NCBI GenBank assembly: GCA_051294375.1
Contig: CM119267.1
Span: 25,683,293-25,747,292 of the forward strand
From: Paraspadella gotoi
Lineage: Eukaryota; Animalia; Chaetognatha
Length of the DNA stretch: 64,000 nt
Direction: 5' to 3'
This document shows positions 48,224-61,345 of this stretch, in pieces (within the stretch, counting starts at the first letter, position 1; each line of letters starts with the position of its first letter). The position numbers were made by a program, and so were the translations under genes. Below the pieces are notes generated by a model. It was not told the origin of the DNA. It saw only the letters and a list, made by a program, of their open reading frames with translations, and made no database searches.

Positions 48224-51200
48224 TAGGTAGACAAAGAAGAGATCCCGCGACCATTGTTAATTCTGGGAAAAGTTTTTCATCTCCAATTTTTACTTTTGCA
48301 ACTGCAGACCAAAAATCTAGCATTGGAGTGAGTGGACTGGTGCCTTGCACATCGAGAGCAGTGTGACGGAGTTGACGCATTGAAATTGAGGCGAGGAAGA
48401 CGAGATATATGTTGTCAATTACAATTTGTAAATATTTTAGAGAAATAGGTAGCTTTTAAAGGCCCTCAAGGTGCCGACCAAATTCAAATTATAATGGGAA
48501 CAGCATTAAACTAATTCAATATTGGTATTAATTATTGTATTAAAATATTTTTTTGCAAAAATGTTCCGAACCATGAGTAATTCGCTAATTAATATTATTA
48601 TATTGCTATATAATGTCAAAAAATTTTTTTGGATATTTTAATTTTTTTAATTGATTCTGATAGAGCTTAAAAAGTTAAGCAAAAAATATAATTACAACTT
48701 TTTAAAATTTTGATGTTTTATTACTAAAAATTAGTAAAAACTATTAAAATCATCAAATGATGATGATGATTTTTTAAGGTTTTTCCCAATTTTGACCCAC
48801 TTATCATCAAAATATTGAAAAAAGAATTATACTTTGTGTAGACAACTTTTTATAAGCTATCTGAATCTGCTTTTAAAAATATAAAATTTTTTAAAAAAAT
48901 TTTGACATTTCCTATCTATAAATAAATATTAAAAAATTAATTACTAATGCTTCTAGCCATTTTTGAAAATTTTGGTCCATTGAAAGTTTTCTCAGAAATG
49001 TATAAAGTTTCATTTGGAAAGGTTCCCAAATCAAACTTCTGACCCACCCCATTGACAAAGTTTGGCTCTACCTAAAGCCGCAAGTAATTAATATTGTCTA
49101 TTGTCTTTCTGTGTCTGTCTTTTTCTGTACGATCTCTTGCGTGATCGTTCGTTTTAAGGCCTGGGATCATTCAAACAAGAATTGCATAAAAGCTTTGTAC
49201 AATCTATTATTATGTCAAAGAAAGTGTATTCCCTTCACGTTTCAAAAAAAAAAAACTCTAAATTTGATTAAGGTTCAGCTTCAAGAGGCAACTAAAAATC
49301 GGGCAATTTTTTTTATCAGTAAACCTTAAAAATTTCATCCAACACGGTAAAGTCATTTTTAAACGCAAATTTTTAATTTTTTTTTTCAATTAACAGCACC
49401 TACCTCAGTGTAATACTAACAACTAAAACCAAGTCATTCCAATTATGTTATAGAATCAATTAATGATGAAAACATAAACGTTTATGTAGAGAGAGAGCAG
49501 AACGCTTATATGAGGATGTCTAATATCATTTTATTACAAAAAAGAATGATTAAAAATTGTAAAATTTTAAAATTCAAAGACATTCGTCCCCTGGCATCTG
49601 AAGTTGGGTCCACTTTGATAACAACCCTCAATGGTGCCCATGACTGCCACAGATTCCACAGACGAACCAGCCTCATGCTCTGCTTTTGACATTTAGTTTC
49701 TGTTCCCCAGGTTCAAAACTGGTTCAAAACAAGACTGAGAAAAAAAAATAAATAAACACTTTGCAGCATTCCTCCTTGTTTACTGACTGCTTTCCCCAGC
49801 CACAGCCATTTGTTAATTTAAAAAAAATTGTACAAAATTTGGATAAAACTTTAAAGATCGGTTAAAGCCATCATTTAAACTACAAATGAAAATAGATTTC
49901 GGAAAAGCGTATTGATTTTAAAGTTCTTTGCTCGACTTTCAGTTCTGTAAAATCTACAGAAAAAAAAAAATAAAAAAATAAATAAATAAAAAAGAGTTGG
50001 AGCTAAAACCGTTTGAAATAAAAATAAACTAAAATTATTTTTTATAAGTATGGAAAGGTGGGAGAAATTCTATGAGAGGGATTTTGGAAAATGTTACTAG
50101 TTTTCAAGATATTTAGAATTTAATGCCAAAATTTTCTTATTCTTTTTTTTTTCTTATGAAGATAAGTGAATTTGAAAAATCCCTCTCATAGAATTGGGAC
50201 CCTTGTCCTCAAGTAAATTTATGTAAATTTCATGAAAATCCCTTTAGCCGTTTGGCCGCAACTCTTCCGAAAGGTTTCTTTTATTTTATATAGTATTATA
50301 AAATTCGAAAAAACAGCAATGGATTCGAAGAGAAGATAAAGTGAATACATTTTCAGAATCAACTGGACCTCTACTTTTCGAATATAAGCTTATTAATCCT
50401 AATTATAACTTTTGGCCAGTGATCCCAGGCCTTAAGTCGGATCTGCTTATAAGCAGATCCCGTCTCTATAATTCACTTTGTCGGTCTGCCTCCTCAATCT
50501 TGTCGGACATTAACTTATTTCATGTCAGAACATCGAATTATGATAAATTATGCAAAGAAAACGATGTCCGTCCCACCTTAACAAAAAACACCCTTTACTC
50601 GTGATTGGATGGATGGATTGGAATGAAATTTTGTATGTGGTTAGGAAAGTGTGTGATTGAGCTGGATATGAATTATGAAGTTTCGATGGAATCGTCCGAG
50701 TGGAAATGAGTTTAAATGAAAAAAAACAAAAAAATATATTTCATTATTTGAACACCAATTACTCCTAAGTGAATGGGGCAATTGACCTGAAATTTTGTAT
50801 GTGGGTAGGAAAGCTGTTAATCAAGTTTCGACGGAATCGTTTGAGTGGAAATGAGTTTAAATGGAAAAAAAATAAAAACCTTTTCACTAATTGATTATGC
50901 TTTTTTTTATATTAAATGTAAATGCAAGATGTATAAATTAATCAAATAATTAATCAGTCAATTAATCAATCAAAACAAAAATTTCAGATCAAGTTAATTG
51001 ACTAATGTGGCGGTATATTCGTTTTTTTCCCTGATTTTTTTATTAATTTTTTTTTATAGTGGGATCTGGCTTGATTTTTTTATTCGTGTCAAAATCGTTT
51101 TCCACTTTGTCTTGCCTCTCAATCACAAAACAACAATCTCAATCACAAAATTAATTAATTAATTAATTACCAGAATTACCAATTCTCCTCTTCCTCTTCT

Positions 51201-51482
51201 TTCCTCCTCCTCCTGCCCCTCAGTATATTTTGTCTAGCGATACATTCTCTAGTTTCTACTCTTCGCGAAATATACTATTATTTTCCCTCTATTTCCTCAC
51301 GCCTTCAATACCCCTCAAGATTACAAATAATAATTAATTAATGCAGCTTGAATTTACATTTAATATAAAAAAAATCATAATCAAATAGTGAAATAGATGG
51401 TTTGTTTTTTCTATTTTAACTCATTTCCACTTGGACGATTCCATCGAAATATGGTGGACTAAAATTCACCAACCGTTCATCA

Positions 51483-51553
51483 GCGGCCATTGGTGCCGGA
51501 GGCAAGTCATTCGCCTCCCAACCCAAAGGTCCGGGGTTCTAGCCCGGTGGCGG
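51483..51553 (+). promoter_or_regulatory. tRNA(Gly)-like sequence with A/B boxes in TRIM-2 LTR
   Basis: Acceptor-like GCGGCCA/TGGCGGC, A-box-like TGGTGCCGGAGG, loop GCCTCCCAA, T-arm CCGGG GTTCTAG CCCGG. Confidence 0.6.
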
Positions 51554-51556
51554 CCT

Positions 51557-51632
51557 AGCAGTTAAGAGGGATGGGGCGCTTAACCCGCCTGTAACATGGT
51601 GTTACAGCCTGATCCGAAGCTCAGGGACTGCT
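51557..51632 (+). ncRNA. Type-P5 twister ribozyme-like motif (5' LTR of TRIM-2)
   Basis: Same fold as 2413-2488. L1 GA-UGG pairs with L4 CCG through one wobble. Predicted cut 51581/51582. Confidence 0.68.
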
Positions 51633-51972
51633 TATATAGAACGGTTCTGTCATTAACACTTATCAATAATTACTGTCTCTTCATTAGTGAGGCCGACTTC
51701 CGAACACAACAGCAACAACACTTTCAGGCAACAGGCCTCAACCTGGCGATGCACTTTCCGTCAACAACTCATCAGGCAACATGCCTCAACTTGGTGACGC
51801 ACTTTCCACCAACAACAATTCACTGAAGAGACGCAACAGATTTCTCCCTACGGGAGGGGGGGATGTATGGTGGACTAAAATCCACCAACCGTTCATCAGC
51901 AGCCATTGGTGCCGGAGGCAAGTCATTCGCCTCCCAACCCAAAGGTCTGGGGTTCTAGCCCGGTTGCCGCCT

Positions 51973-52048
51973 AGCAGTTAAGAGGAACGGGTCGCTTAAC
52001 CCGGCTGTAACCTGGTGTTACAGCCTAATCCGAAGCTCAGGGACTGCT
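51973..52048 (+). ncRNA. Degenerate twister motif (3' LTR of TRIM-2)
   Basis: Same fold, but the presumed general-base G reads A (AGAGGAACGG) and P1/P4 carry mismatches. Likely inactive. Confidence 0.5.
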
Positions 52049-54350
52049 TATATTGAACGGTTCTGTCACTAACACAACAATTATTACTGTCTCTTTAGAA
52101 ACTTTATTTCCTGCTCAATCAGACACTTTCCTACCCATATACAAAATTTGAAGTCAATCGCCCCATTCATTGGCGGTCAAATAGTGAAATATATTTTTTT
52201 TGTTTTTTCCATTTCCACTCGGACGATTCCATCGAAACTTTATTTCCAGCTCAATCACACACTTTCCTACCCACACACAAAATTTTATTCCAATCCATCC
52301 ATCAAATCACGAGTAATTGGTGTTTTTTGCGAAGGTGGGACGGACGGACGGACATTATTTTTTTTGCATAGTTTATCACAATTCGATGTTCTGACAAGAT
52401 TAGGGGTCAGACCGACAAAGTAAATTATAGAGCCGGAATCTGCTGTAAGCAGAACCGGCTAAAAATGTGATTTTGGTAAATTCATTATTAAATTCACAAA
52501 ATCATTAGGAAAGCCTCCGATTTAGTACGAAAGTTTTATTCTTTCTCGGGATCTTAATCTCGCCGCTGCACTTTATAAAGCTTCTTTTGAATCAAGTGGT
52601 CCTGTTCTAGGGATAGTTGGAATAAGTCATGTCGCAAGAATAATTGCAAATTGGAACAATAATTAAAATAAATAAAAATAATAAAATTTAAAAAAATAAT
52701 AATAATAAAAATTAAAAATAATAATAATAACAAATAATAAATAATCGAGAGTATCATTTCCTTTAATTGTATTGTATTGAATTTACTAAACCTGGAGACC
52801 TCTGTGACTCCTCTAAGAGTGTCATTTTCATTTAACTGGAGGAAAAAGAGTAGGTTAAAAATACTACTGTCACTGTTCTTTAAACTATATATTGTTTTAT
52901 CGTCAATTTTTTGTGGTTTTATTACATTTACAATTTTACATAGATTGATTTGACCGATTTAAATTTAGAAAAAGATGAAAACATTGAATTAAAAGGAAGC
53001 ATAACAGTGATTATTATTGTGAAACTGTCATTAATAAATTACTATACCATATGATTCTGTGCAGTCAACAATCGTGCTTTTTGAAACTCAGGTATTGTTA
53101 TGTACCCGTAAATATTTTTAATTAACTTTTAAATCATTATTTGCTTGTCAACTTTTTTTCAGAATTCGAAATGTCAAAACAGTCTGATGGAGAGTCTCTG
53201 AAAACTTTTAATCACCCAGGTTTGGGTGCAACAGTCAAAGATTCAAGATTTCATGGAGCCTACGAGGGGCCTAACAGCGGAAATCTATGGTAACCATTTG
53301 TTTCCAGTTTCCAGTTAGTATTTACTGGTATTACCGATAACATAAGTAAAACCTAAAATAAAATTATAACTTTTTTTTGGAGGATAGAAAATTATAAAGG
53401 GAACAAGTTTGAGCAAACAATGTCGGATCTACCTACGATAATTAATTAATTAATTAATTAATCGATTAATTAATTAATTAATTTTAATATGTAATAATTA
53501 ATTTTAAATTTATATTCAACTTATCATCATCGATGTCCTTAAAATTGGGTTAGGACAGTTATTAAATGTTTTGTTTACATTTTATCAAAACAAACAAATA
53601 TCCTCTATTTTATTTTATGTCTCCTCTCTCTCTCTCACTCTCTCTCTCTCTCTCTCTCTTTTTATGCAATTGCGACGATCTTTATGCTTTTAAGATTCTT
53701 TTAACTTACATCATTTTTTCACATTAATTAATTAATTATATAATTAAGTAAAACATTTATTAGTAATCATTAATATTAAAGATTCAAGTAAATGTGACTC
53801 ATGTTTTTTCCATCTAAACTCATTTCCACTGGCACAATTCCGTCAAAACTTTATATAATTATTATATGTTAATAAATATTTAAAAGCTTCAGTGCAACAA
53901 CCCAATGAACTAATTCAAAAAGTTACATTGAAAATCGATTTAGTAGTAAAAGGAAAAAAAATTTTTAAAGAGAACTAGAAGTTATAAAAAATGTTCAATT
54001 TTGGCCCGCCTTACTAGATATATTTCATGTGATTAAACAATGTTATCGGAATAATAATTTTATCAATTTTATGTATTTTGTAAGTATTTTAAGTATTTTT
54101 ATTCAGTGAGTAAAATAACAACTTTTTTATTTGCTAATTTTAATCTCGGACTCTCTCTCTCTCTCTCTCTCTCTCTTTGCAATTGCGACGATCCTTATGC
54201 TCATTTTTCTGCTTTCTCTCTCTCTCTCTCTCTCTCTTTGCAATTGCGACGATCCTTATGCTCATTTTTCTGCTCTCTCTCTTCCTCTCTCTCTCTCTCT
54301 CTCTCTACTCGCTCACAAATTTCATCTCAATCTATTATGGGTTAAAATAA

Positions 54351-57300
54351 CGTTGACGTTTAGCCAAATAACGAGGGTAAATAATAAGTGGCAAAGTATT
54401 TGGTTGACAATAGTTTATTAATGACGGACAATGATTAGGGTGATGACATAGGTAACGATGACACGATAACAAAGGTTAAGACAAAGGTGATGACAATATT
54501 AAATGGTTCAATAATTATTTGAAGAAGAGTTCTTTCTTGAGTTTGGGTGTAGAGGTGAATGCCTCGAGTTCTCTTAGCTATTTTGACCATCAATCCCTCC
54601 GTCGGTTCCTCTGTCGGTCATTGGTCATTCTAAGGTTGAAGTAAGGTCTGTGATTCGTCGGTATTCTGATGATTCGTGAAGGAGACGAGCAATCACATCA
54701 CTAGGCCAACCAAGTCCGTTTATAGGTCCATTCCGTTGATGTCACCCCCTCTCTAGTCGACGAGGGCGGTGGGTTTTAGAACACCAGACGAGTCTTTGCT
54801 GGTGTCCATCTACACATCTCCAGGTGTGTGGGTGCGAGTAGGCTAACAGTTCCTTGTCCTGAAATGGCATGTGTCTGACAGGATAATGATGGTATATGTT
54901 TTCTGGTCTTGAGAAGAACAGCAGTGGTCTAAAATGAAGTGGCTCAATTTTCAGTTCCATTAGTTTGGGAATATTCCTTTGGCTGGTTGAATGTTGATTT
55001 GCTTGTAAGTGGTGCTCAAATGGGTTTTGCCAATCACGGGAAGGCGGTTTACTCTGTAGGTTAAATGAGTATGGTCTGGGGCGTGTCTTGAAATGCTTTG
55101 GTTGGATAAAAAGCTTTTTGTCAAATTGGGCAAAATCTGAAGCAAGGGAATTAATCTTTTCTTCTAAAGCTTTCATTTGGGCATTTTGAGTGGGGCAAAC
55201 TTGAGAGTCCCTGAATTATGTTGAGAGGGGGAATATTTAAGTTTATTATTGTTGCTGCAGCTCTCTTTACTTTTATTTTTGCTGTTGTCTGAGCCATTTT
55301 GTTCTTTTGTGTCTTTGGCTTGCAAAAAGCAAGTTGTGATTTCATTGTAAAATTTTGGGATTTGCTTGTCATACTGGTCTCTTTTTTCTTGGGTATTAGC
55401 ACTGAAACTTTGGTGGAAGGAAAGAAGTTCATCAATGTATCATTAAGAGCTTTAACCAGCCTAGATAAGTCTGGAATGTTGGTGCCATTTTCTACTGTGT
55501 GAGTCTCTGTTTGCGATGCTGAATTGGAATTGTGGGTGCTAGTTTTTCAGCTTCTGTTTGTGATGCAGAATTAGACTTTATGGGAGTTAATCCTTCCGGA
55601 AGTTTGTAGTCAGAGTTTGCGTTCTGCATCTTTCTTAGTACTGGTAGGTCCTAGAGAGTCAATATCGATATCCTTTATGGAATTTACTGAAATTTTTATG
55701 AGGGCGTCATTTTTTTCAGGCAGGTTTTTAGTTTCATCTTCTTTTTCTCCATCTTCTTTGCTTTCTTTATTTTTACTTTCTACTTTACCTGGATTTTTTA
55801 CTTTTTCTGGATAGTTGATCCTACAAGCAGTGAGAAGTGCTCTCAGATCCTTCTTCTCTAACGTATTTCTTTTGCCTCTTCTATTTCCATCTGTATCCTT
55901 TTTTGTTCAGCTTTCTTTTTCTTTTCTTTCAATTCTTTTTTCTTCTCTTTCTCTTTCTTTTCTTTCTCTTTCTTTTCTTTCTCTTTCTTTTCTTTCTCTT
56001 TCTTTCTTTCAATTTTTCTATTTTGTTGAATTCCTGTTTCCTTTCTTTTAATAAGCGATGGAACTCAGTATCAAACAACGAGCATCAACAGTTGAGTCAA
56101 ACTTGAGGCAGAGCAAAAAATCTTCTTCTTGCCTTTCAAAAATGTTATCTCTTGACAAGTAAGTCCATGGCTTAGTAAAGGGTTCAATGAAATGTCATGA
56201 ATGTTTTTGGACCTCTAAATGACAAGCGAGCCTGCTTTGTTTTTCTATTTTTGAAAAAGCTTGACAATTCCTTTGTAGGGGCCATCAATGGTGCTCATGA
56301 ATGAACGTGTACAGGGGTTGAGTTTTGAAAATATGTGAGAAAAGCCCTTTTACAATTATTTCATTTTCATTGGCTGATGGTGCAGAGAGAGAGAAGGGTG
56401 GAGGGCGGGAAATGAGCTTTAAGGCGGCTTTTTTCAAATTGTACTTGAATTCTTTCAGTTGACGCGCATTTTTTTTGTTGTTGTTTCTATTTCTTACTCA
56501 CGTGATGATTCAAGAGGAGAGAGAGAGAGAGAGAGAGACGATCGATGATCTTTTTTCGATTTTCTCTAGAATTCGGTCAGGAGCGATGGACTGGGCAGCG
56601 AGGATTTTCGAGAGGAGAGGGAGAACGTTCGATTCGATTTTCTTTGTTTGGGAGGGATGCTGGGTCACGTGACGACGTAGTCCAAAGCACGAGGAAGGAG
56701 AGCGTGGGATATATAGAATTGTTTTTTTTGTTTTTTTTTTGTTTTGCTTGAATTTGAACGGAGGGGAACAGTTTAAAATTTAGGGAAATAGTACCTTTGG
56801 GGGGGGGCGGAGAGGGATTTTTAGTTTGATTTCGTTTTTGTTTTTTTTTTTTGCACTCGGGCTACGTTAGTACTCACTCCTGATTTCGCAAAAAGTTATT
56901 TCAATATCAAAAGGGGCAATTGAAGGAGAAAACTTTGTATTAATTCTTTCTTTTTTTTTTCTTTTTTTTATCTTTTTTTTTTTGGACAAGTTTATTTGAG
57001 ATTGAAGGATCTCGGAACGGGAGTTGACATAATTTTTCGAGTAGGGTAGCGTAGTTTTTCGAGTAGGATAGCGTAGTTTTTCGAGTGGGATAGCGTGTTT
57101 TTCAATTAAGTCTCTTCGAGGAGTGGGGAGTCGAATCACGACGATGCCAACACGTTGACGTTTTAGCCAAATAACGGGGTAATAAATAAGTGGCAAAGTA
57201 TTTGGTTGACAATAGTTTTTTTAATGACGGACAATGATTAGGGTGATGACATAGGTAACGATGACACGATAACAAAGGTTAAGACAAAGGTGATGACAAT

Positions 57301-57546
57301 ATTAAATGGTTCAATAATTATTTGAAGAAGAGTTCTTTCTTGAGTTTGGGTGTAGAGGTGAATTACTGAGTTCTCTTTAGCTATTTTGACCATCAATCCC
57401 TCCGTCGGTTCCTCTGTCGGTCATTGGTCATTCTAAGGTTGAAGTAAGGTCTGTGATTCGTCGGTTATTCTGATGATTCGTGAAGGAGACGAGCAATCAC
57501 ATCACTTAGGCCAACCAAGTCCGTTTATAGGTCCATTCCGTTGATG
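54351..57546 (-). mobile_element. LTR element with ~390-bp LTRs and a decayed 2.4-kb interior lacking recognisable pol
   Basis: Near-identical direct repeats 54351-54741 and 57153-57546. PPT (CCCCCTCTCT on +, 54745). PBS-like TGGCATCGTCGTG on the minus strand at ~57148. Broken minus-strand K/E-rich ORFs. Confidence 0.85.
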
Positions 57547-58204
57547 ATAGTAAAAAGATTCAAGTAAATGTGACTCATATTTTTTAATTTAAACTCATTT
57601 CCACTCATCCTTTCCCCGAAACTTTATATCAAGCATCTTACCACATTTTTCTACCCACACAAAAAATTTGAACTCAATCTATCCATCCAATTATGATTAA
57701 TTAGAGTTACTTATGGTTAAAATAAGTAAAAAGATTTTAGTAAATGCGACTTATGTTTTTTCCATTTAAACTCATATTACACTCACACGATTCCGTCGAA
57801 ACTTTATATCCAGCTTTATCACACACTTTCCTACCCACACACAAAATTTCATTCCAATCCAACCAGCCAATCACGAGTTATTAGAGCTTTTTGCTAAGGT
57901 GGGACTGATGGATCGATTGATTGACTGATTAATTAATTATTGATTAATTAACTGATTAATTTTTGATTTATTAATACATCCTGCATATACATTCAATATA
58001 AAAGGAAAAAGAATCATAATCAATTAGTGAAACAGGTTTTTTTGTTTTTTTCCATTTAAACTCATTTCCACTCAAAAGATTCCATCGAAACTTGTTTCCT
58101 GTTCAATCACACTTTTCTACTCGCATACAAAATTCCAGGTCAATCGATAATTAAGTGGTAATAAGCTAACTTGGTCAACTTGCATATTTAATCAATTGCT
58201 AATT

Positions 58205-58470
58205 TTGTCAACTGACATAATTTGGTCTACTGACATAATTTGGTCTACTGACATAATTTGGTCAACTGACATAATTTGGTCAACTGACATAATTTCATCA
58301 ATTAAGATAATTTGGTCACCGGCATAATTTGGTCAACTGGCATAATTTTATCAACTGTCCTAATTTGGTCAACTGGCATAATTTTGTCAACTGGCATAAT
58401 TTGTCAACTGGCATAATTTGGTCAACTGGCATAATTTGGTCAACTTTAAGAATTTGGACAACTGGCATAT
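58205..58470. repeat. 18-bp tandem repeat CAACTGGCATAATTTGGT
   Basis: About 14 units read directly. Confidence 0.9.
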
Positions 58471-59230
58471 CTTTGTCAATTTGCGTTAATTAGGTCAATC
58501 AATCAATCAATCAGAGAGAGATAGAGAGAGAGAAACTTTAAAAAAATTCAAATAAATGTGTCTTTTGGTTTTCTAATTTGAACTCTTTTCCACTCCTACG
58601 ATTCCATCTAAAAATTTATATCCAGCTTTACCCACACACAAAATTCAATTTCGATTTATCTATCCAATTTTTAATAAACATAATAATTATGAGTAAAATT
58701 TAAGTAAAAATACTTCAAGTAAATATGACTTTTGTTTTTTCCATTTTAACTCATTTCCACTCGCACTATTCCATCGAAACTTTATATCCAGCTCAATCAC
58801 ACACTTTCCTACCATCATACAAAATTTCAAGTCAATTGCCCTGTCCACTCATGAGCAATTGCGTTCAAATAGTGAAATATATTTTTTGTTTTTCCATTTA
58901 AACCAATTTCCACTCGCACCGATTCCCTCGAAACTTCATATCCATATCAATCACACAGTTTCCTACCCACACACAAAATTTCATACCAATCCATCCATCC
59001 AATCACGAGTAATTGGAGTTTTTTTGCTAAGGTGGGACGGACGGACGGACATCGTTTTTTTTGCATAATTTATCATAATTTGATGTTCTAACATGATATA
59101 AGTGTGTGCCCGACAATATTGAGGGGGCGGACCGACTGACAAAGTGAATTATAGAGCCGGGATCTGCTGATAAAAATTAATTTATAAAATTTTTAATTTG
59201 TAATTAAATTATAGGTACGAAAATCTTTCA

Positions 59231-59798
59231 ATGATCGAAAACTATATTCCTGGAGCTGCCAAAGGAAAAAATCTCTCCATACCGCTCAAGCAATATGAAT
59301 ATTTAGATCATACTGCAGACATTCAAATTCATTGTTGGGGTAAAGATCTGAAAGAAGCATTTGAACAAGCTGGCGTTGCGTTATATGCTTACATGACAGA
59401 AGATATTACTTCAGTTCAATTGAACGACTTGCACAGGTAAGGAAGTTTAAATATATTTTGCATCATGATTGATAATTCCTATTGAATCGTTTTAAAACAG
59501 GATTAAAGCTGAAGGAGACGACCTTGAAGGACTTTTATTTCATTTTCTTGATGAACTCCTCTTTATTTTTTCTGCGGAGCCTTTTTTTATCGCCAGAAAA
59601 ATTGTTATTGAAACATTTGACGTAGAAAACTTCAAAATTAATGCCGTGGCGTTTGGGGAACAATTTGATCTTACCAAACATCCTGCTGGTACTGAAATAA
59701 AGGCCATTACTTATTCGGCAATGCAAATTTACCAAAAAATAAAAAATCATGCAACAACCAAGGATAATGTGGAACTTTATATAATCGTAGACATATAA
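59231..59798 (+). CDS. ZBTB8OS: Archease (RtcB tRNA-ligase cofactor)
   Basis: Exons 59231-59436 and 59501-59798. YEYLDHTADIQIHCWG, LLFHFLDELLFIF, KHPAGTEIKAITYSAMQI, IIVDI-stop. Confidence 0.95.
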
Positions 59799-60562
59799 AG
59801 CAACTGAACATCAAATATATTTAAAAATTGTTTAACCTACCATATCGTGATAATTTATAAAAAAATGTTGGACATAAACAAAAATTCAAAAGTTTTTTTA
59901 CTACTATTTCTTTTACCAAAGAGTCCACTTCTCCAATATTGGGGGCAAAAACTTAATTTTTTAAATAAACTTTTAATAAAATATATTAAAAGTTCTTTAT
60001 ATGAACAAGTTGCAAAGTACATGATGCTATGATACCTTACCTTCTGCGCGCGGTAGTCTCAAGTGGGTTTATATTTGAGGCATATTTGATGTAACTCAAT
60101 TCATGATGTTATAGATATTTTTTTCTCAAATGTATGTATTCGTTTTATAACTTGCGGATTGTTGCAGCTGAATTTTCTATTTTATTAACACACAAAGCTT
60201 ATTAAAAACTTTGAAAAAAATATTCACAATTATATTTGAAACTTACGAGGTCTAATGCCTATAAATATTATAATGTATTTTAATGTTACTCAAAACTCGC
60301 ATAATAAACCGTAACATAATACTAAAATAAATAAATTTTAAAAATGAGTTTTTTAATTATTAAAGTTTTGCATTTTAATTTAAATTTTACGTTTTAAAGT
60401 ACTCTGAGTGTACTAAAAACTAAGTTTTATGAACAATTTATGTGGGATTTCAAAACTTAGAAAATGTGTATTACGCATTTTTATATATTAATATTTCTTT
60501 AATATTCTTTATCATTTTTCCTTATTGTGATTCATTGGGAGAAGATTAAAGAAATATTAATT

Positions 60563-60830
60563 TGGCGAAAACAAAGTTTAGATTTGTACTACAACGATTT
60601 TATTTAATATAGACAGACATGTTTCGACTCTTGTTCGAGTTTTCATCAGTGTTTTGACAGACTATCAAAATTTTTGCAAAACTAAATGTGTGAGAGAGAG
60701 AGAGAGAGAAAGACAGACAGAGTTAAAGTTTCCAACAAAGTGGTGAGACAGAATAGTGATCAGAGGTTAGGACAGATTAAGGCAAGGACAGATTGAGTGA
60801 GTTTTTGAAAAGAAAGTGAAATGTAAATAA
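60563..60830 (-). mobile_element. Solo Penelope pLTR fragment with hammerhead (~60612-60655)
   Basis: Near-identical to 29486-29735. Reverse complement ACA-CUGAUGA-A-AACUC..GAGUC-GAAA-CAUGUC/UGU. Confidence 0.82.
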
Positions 60831-61345
60831 ATAATAAAGTAAGCTAGTAGGTAGGATTTCCTGACTCCTAATAGTAGTTATTCCTATTCTAAATGGCCTT
60901 TTTAAATAGTGACGGAATATGAAAATATTTTAGTAGTGGTGAGATTATTTTGATGTATTATAAAATAAAATTCAATAATAATTCGCCATTAAAATTTAAT
61001 TATAAACCTTTTTACCCTGCATATATAGTATATACTATTTTATTATTTTTTTTTTTTTTCTAAAAAAGCTTTTGAACTCATTTTGTAAATAATTTACTTG
61101 GATGCACAGTCATTGAATTTCACAATTTCACATTCAATTTAACTAAGATATAAAGAATGTGGCTTTTGATAAGAGCGTCGTACGGTTTTTGTCCCCTGAC
61201 CTCATAAATTCTCATAATTCATCTGTTAGCTCGATCTATTTTGAAATAAGAAAATTTTGTTAGAATCTCAGAAGTACTTTCCTATTTTATTTTAGTTTCA
61301 TCTTTATCTTTATATTTAAATTTTATGTACAACTTAGTAGCAGCC

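Larger units (their letters stand above)
51450..52097 (+). mobile_element. TRIM family 2: non-autonomous LTR element (two ~233-bp LTRs, 182-bp interior)
   Basis: LTRs 51450-51683 and 51866-52097. PPT GGGAGGGGGGGA. PBS-like TTAGTGAGGCCG. TSD GAAA; the empty site CCATCGAAACTTTAT is seen in other HINE copies (e.g. ~58770). Confidence 0.92.

Noticed and set aside
51483-51553. Functional tRNA-Gly gene
   Set aside because: D and anticodon stems pair poorly, T-loop is non-canonical and there is no T-run terminator; treated as a tRNA-derived promoter.
54648-54700. CTGATGA within a stem in the large LTR (also ~57470) as a hammerhead
   Set aside because: No stem II followed by GAAA and no NUH-bearing stem III.
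58205-58470. Regular repeat resembling a CRISPR array
   Set aside because: Head-to-tail units with no unique spacers, eukaryotic context, no cas genes.
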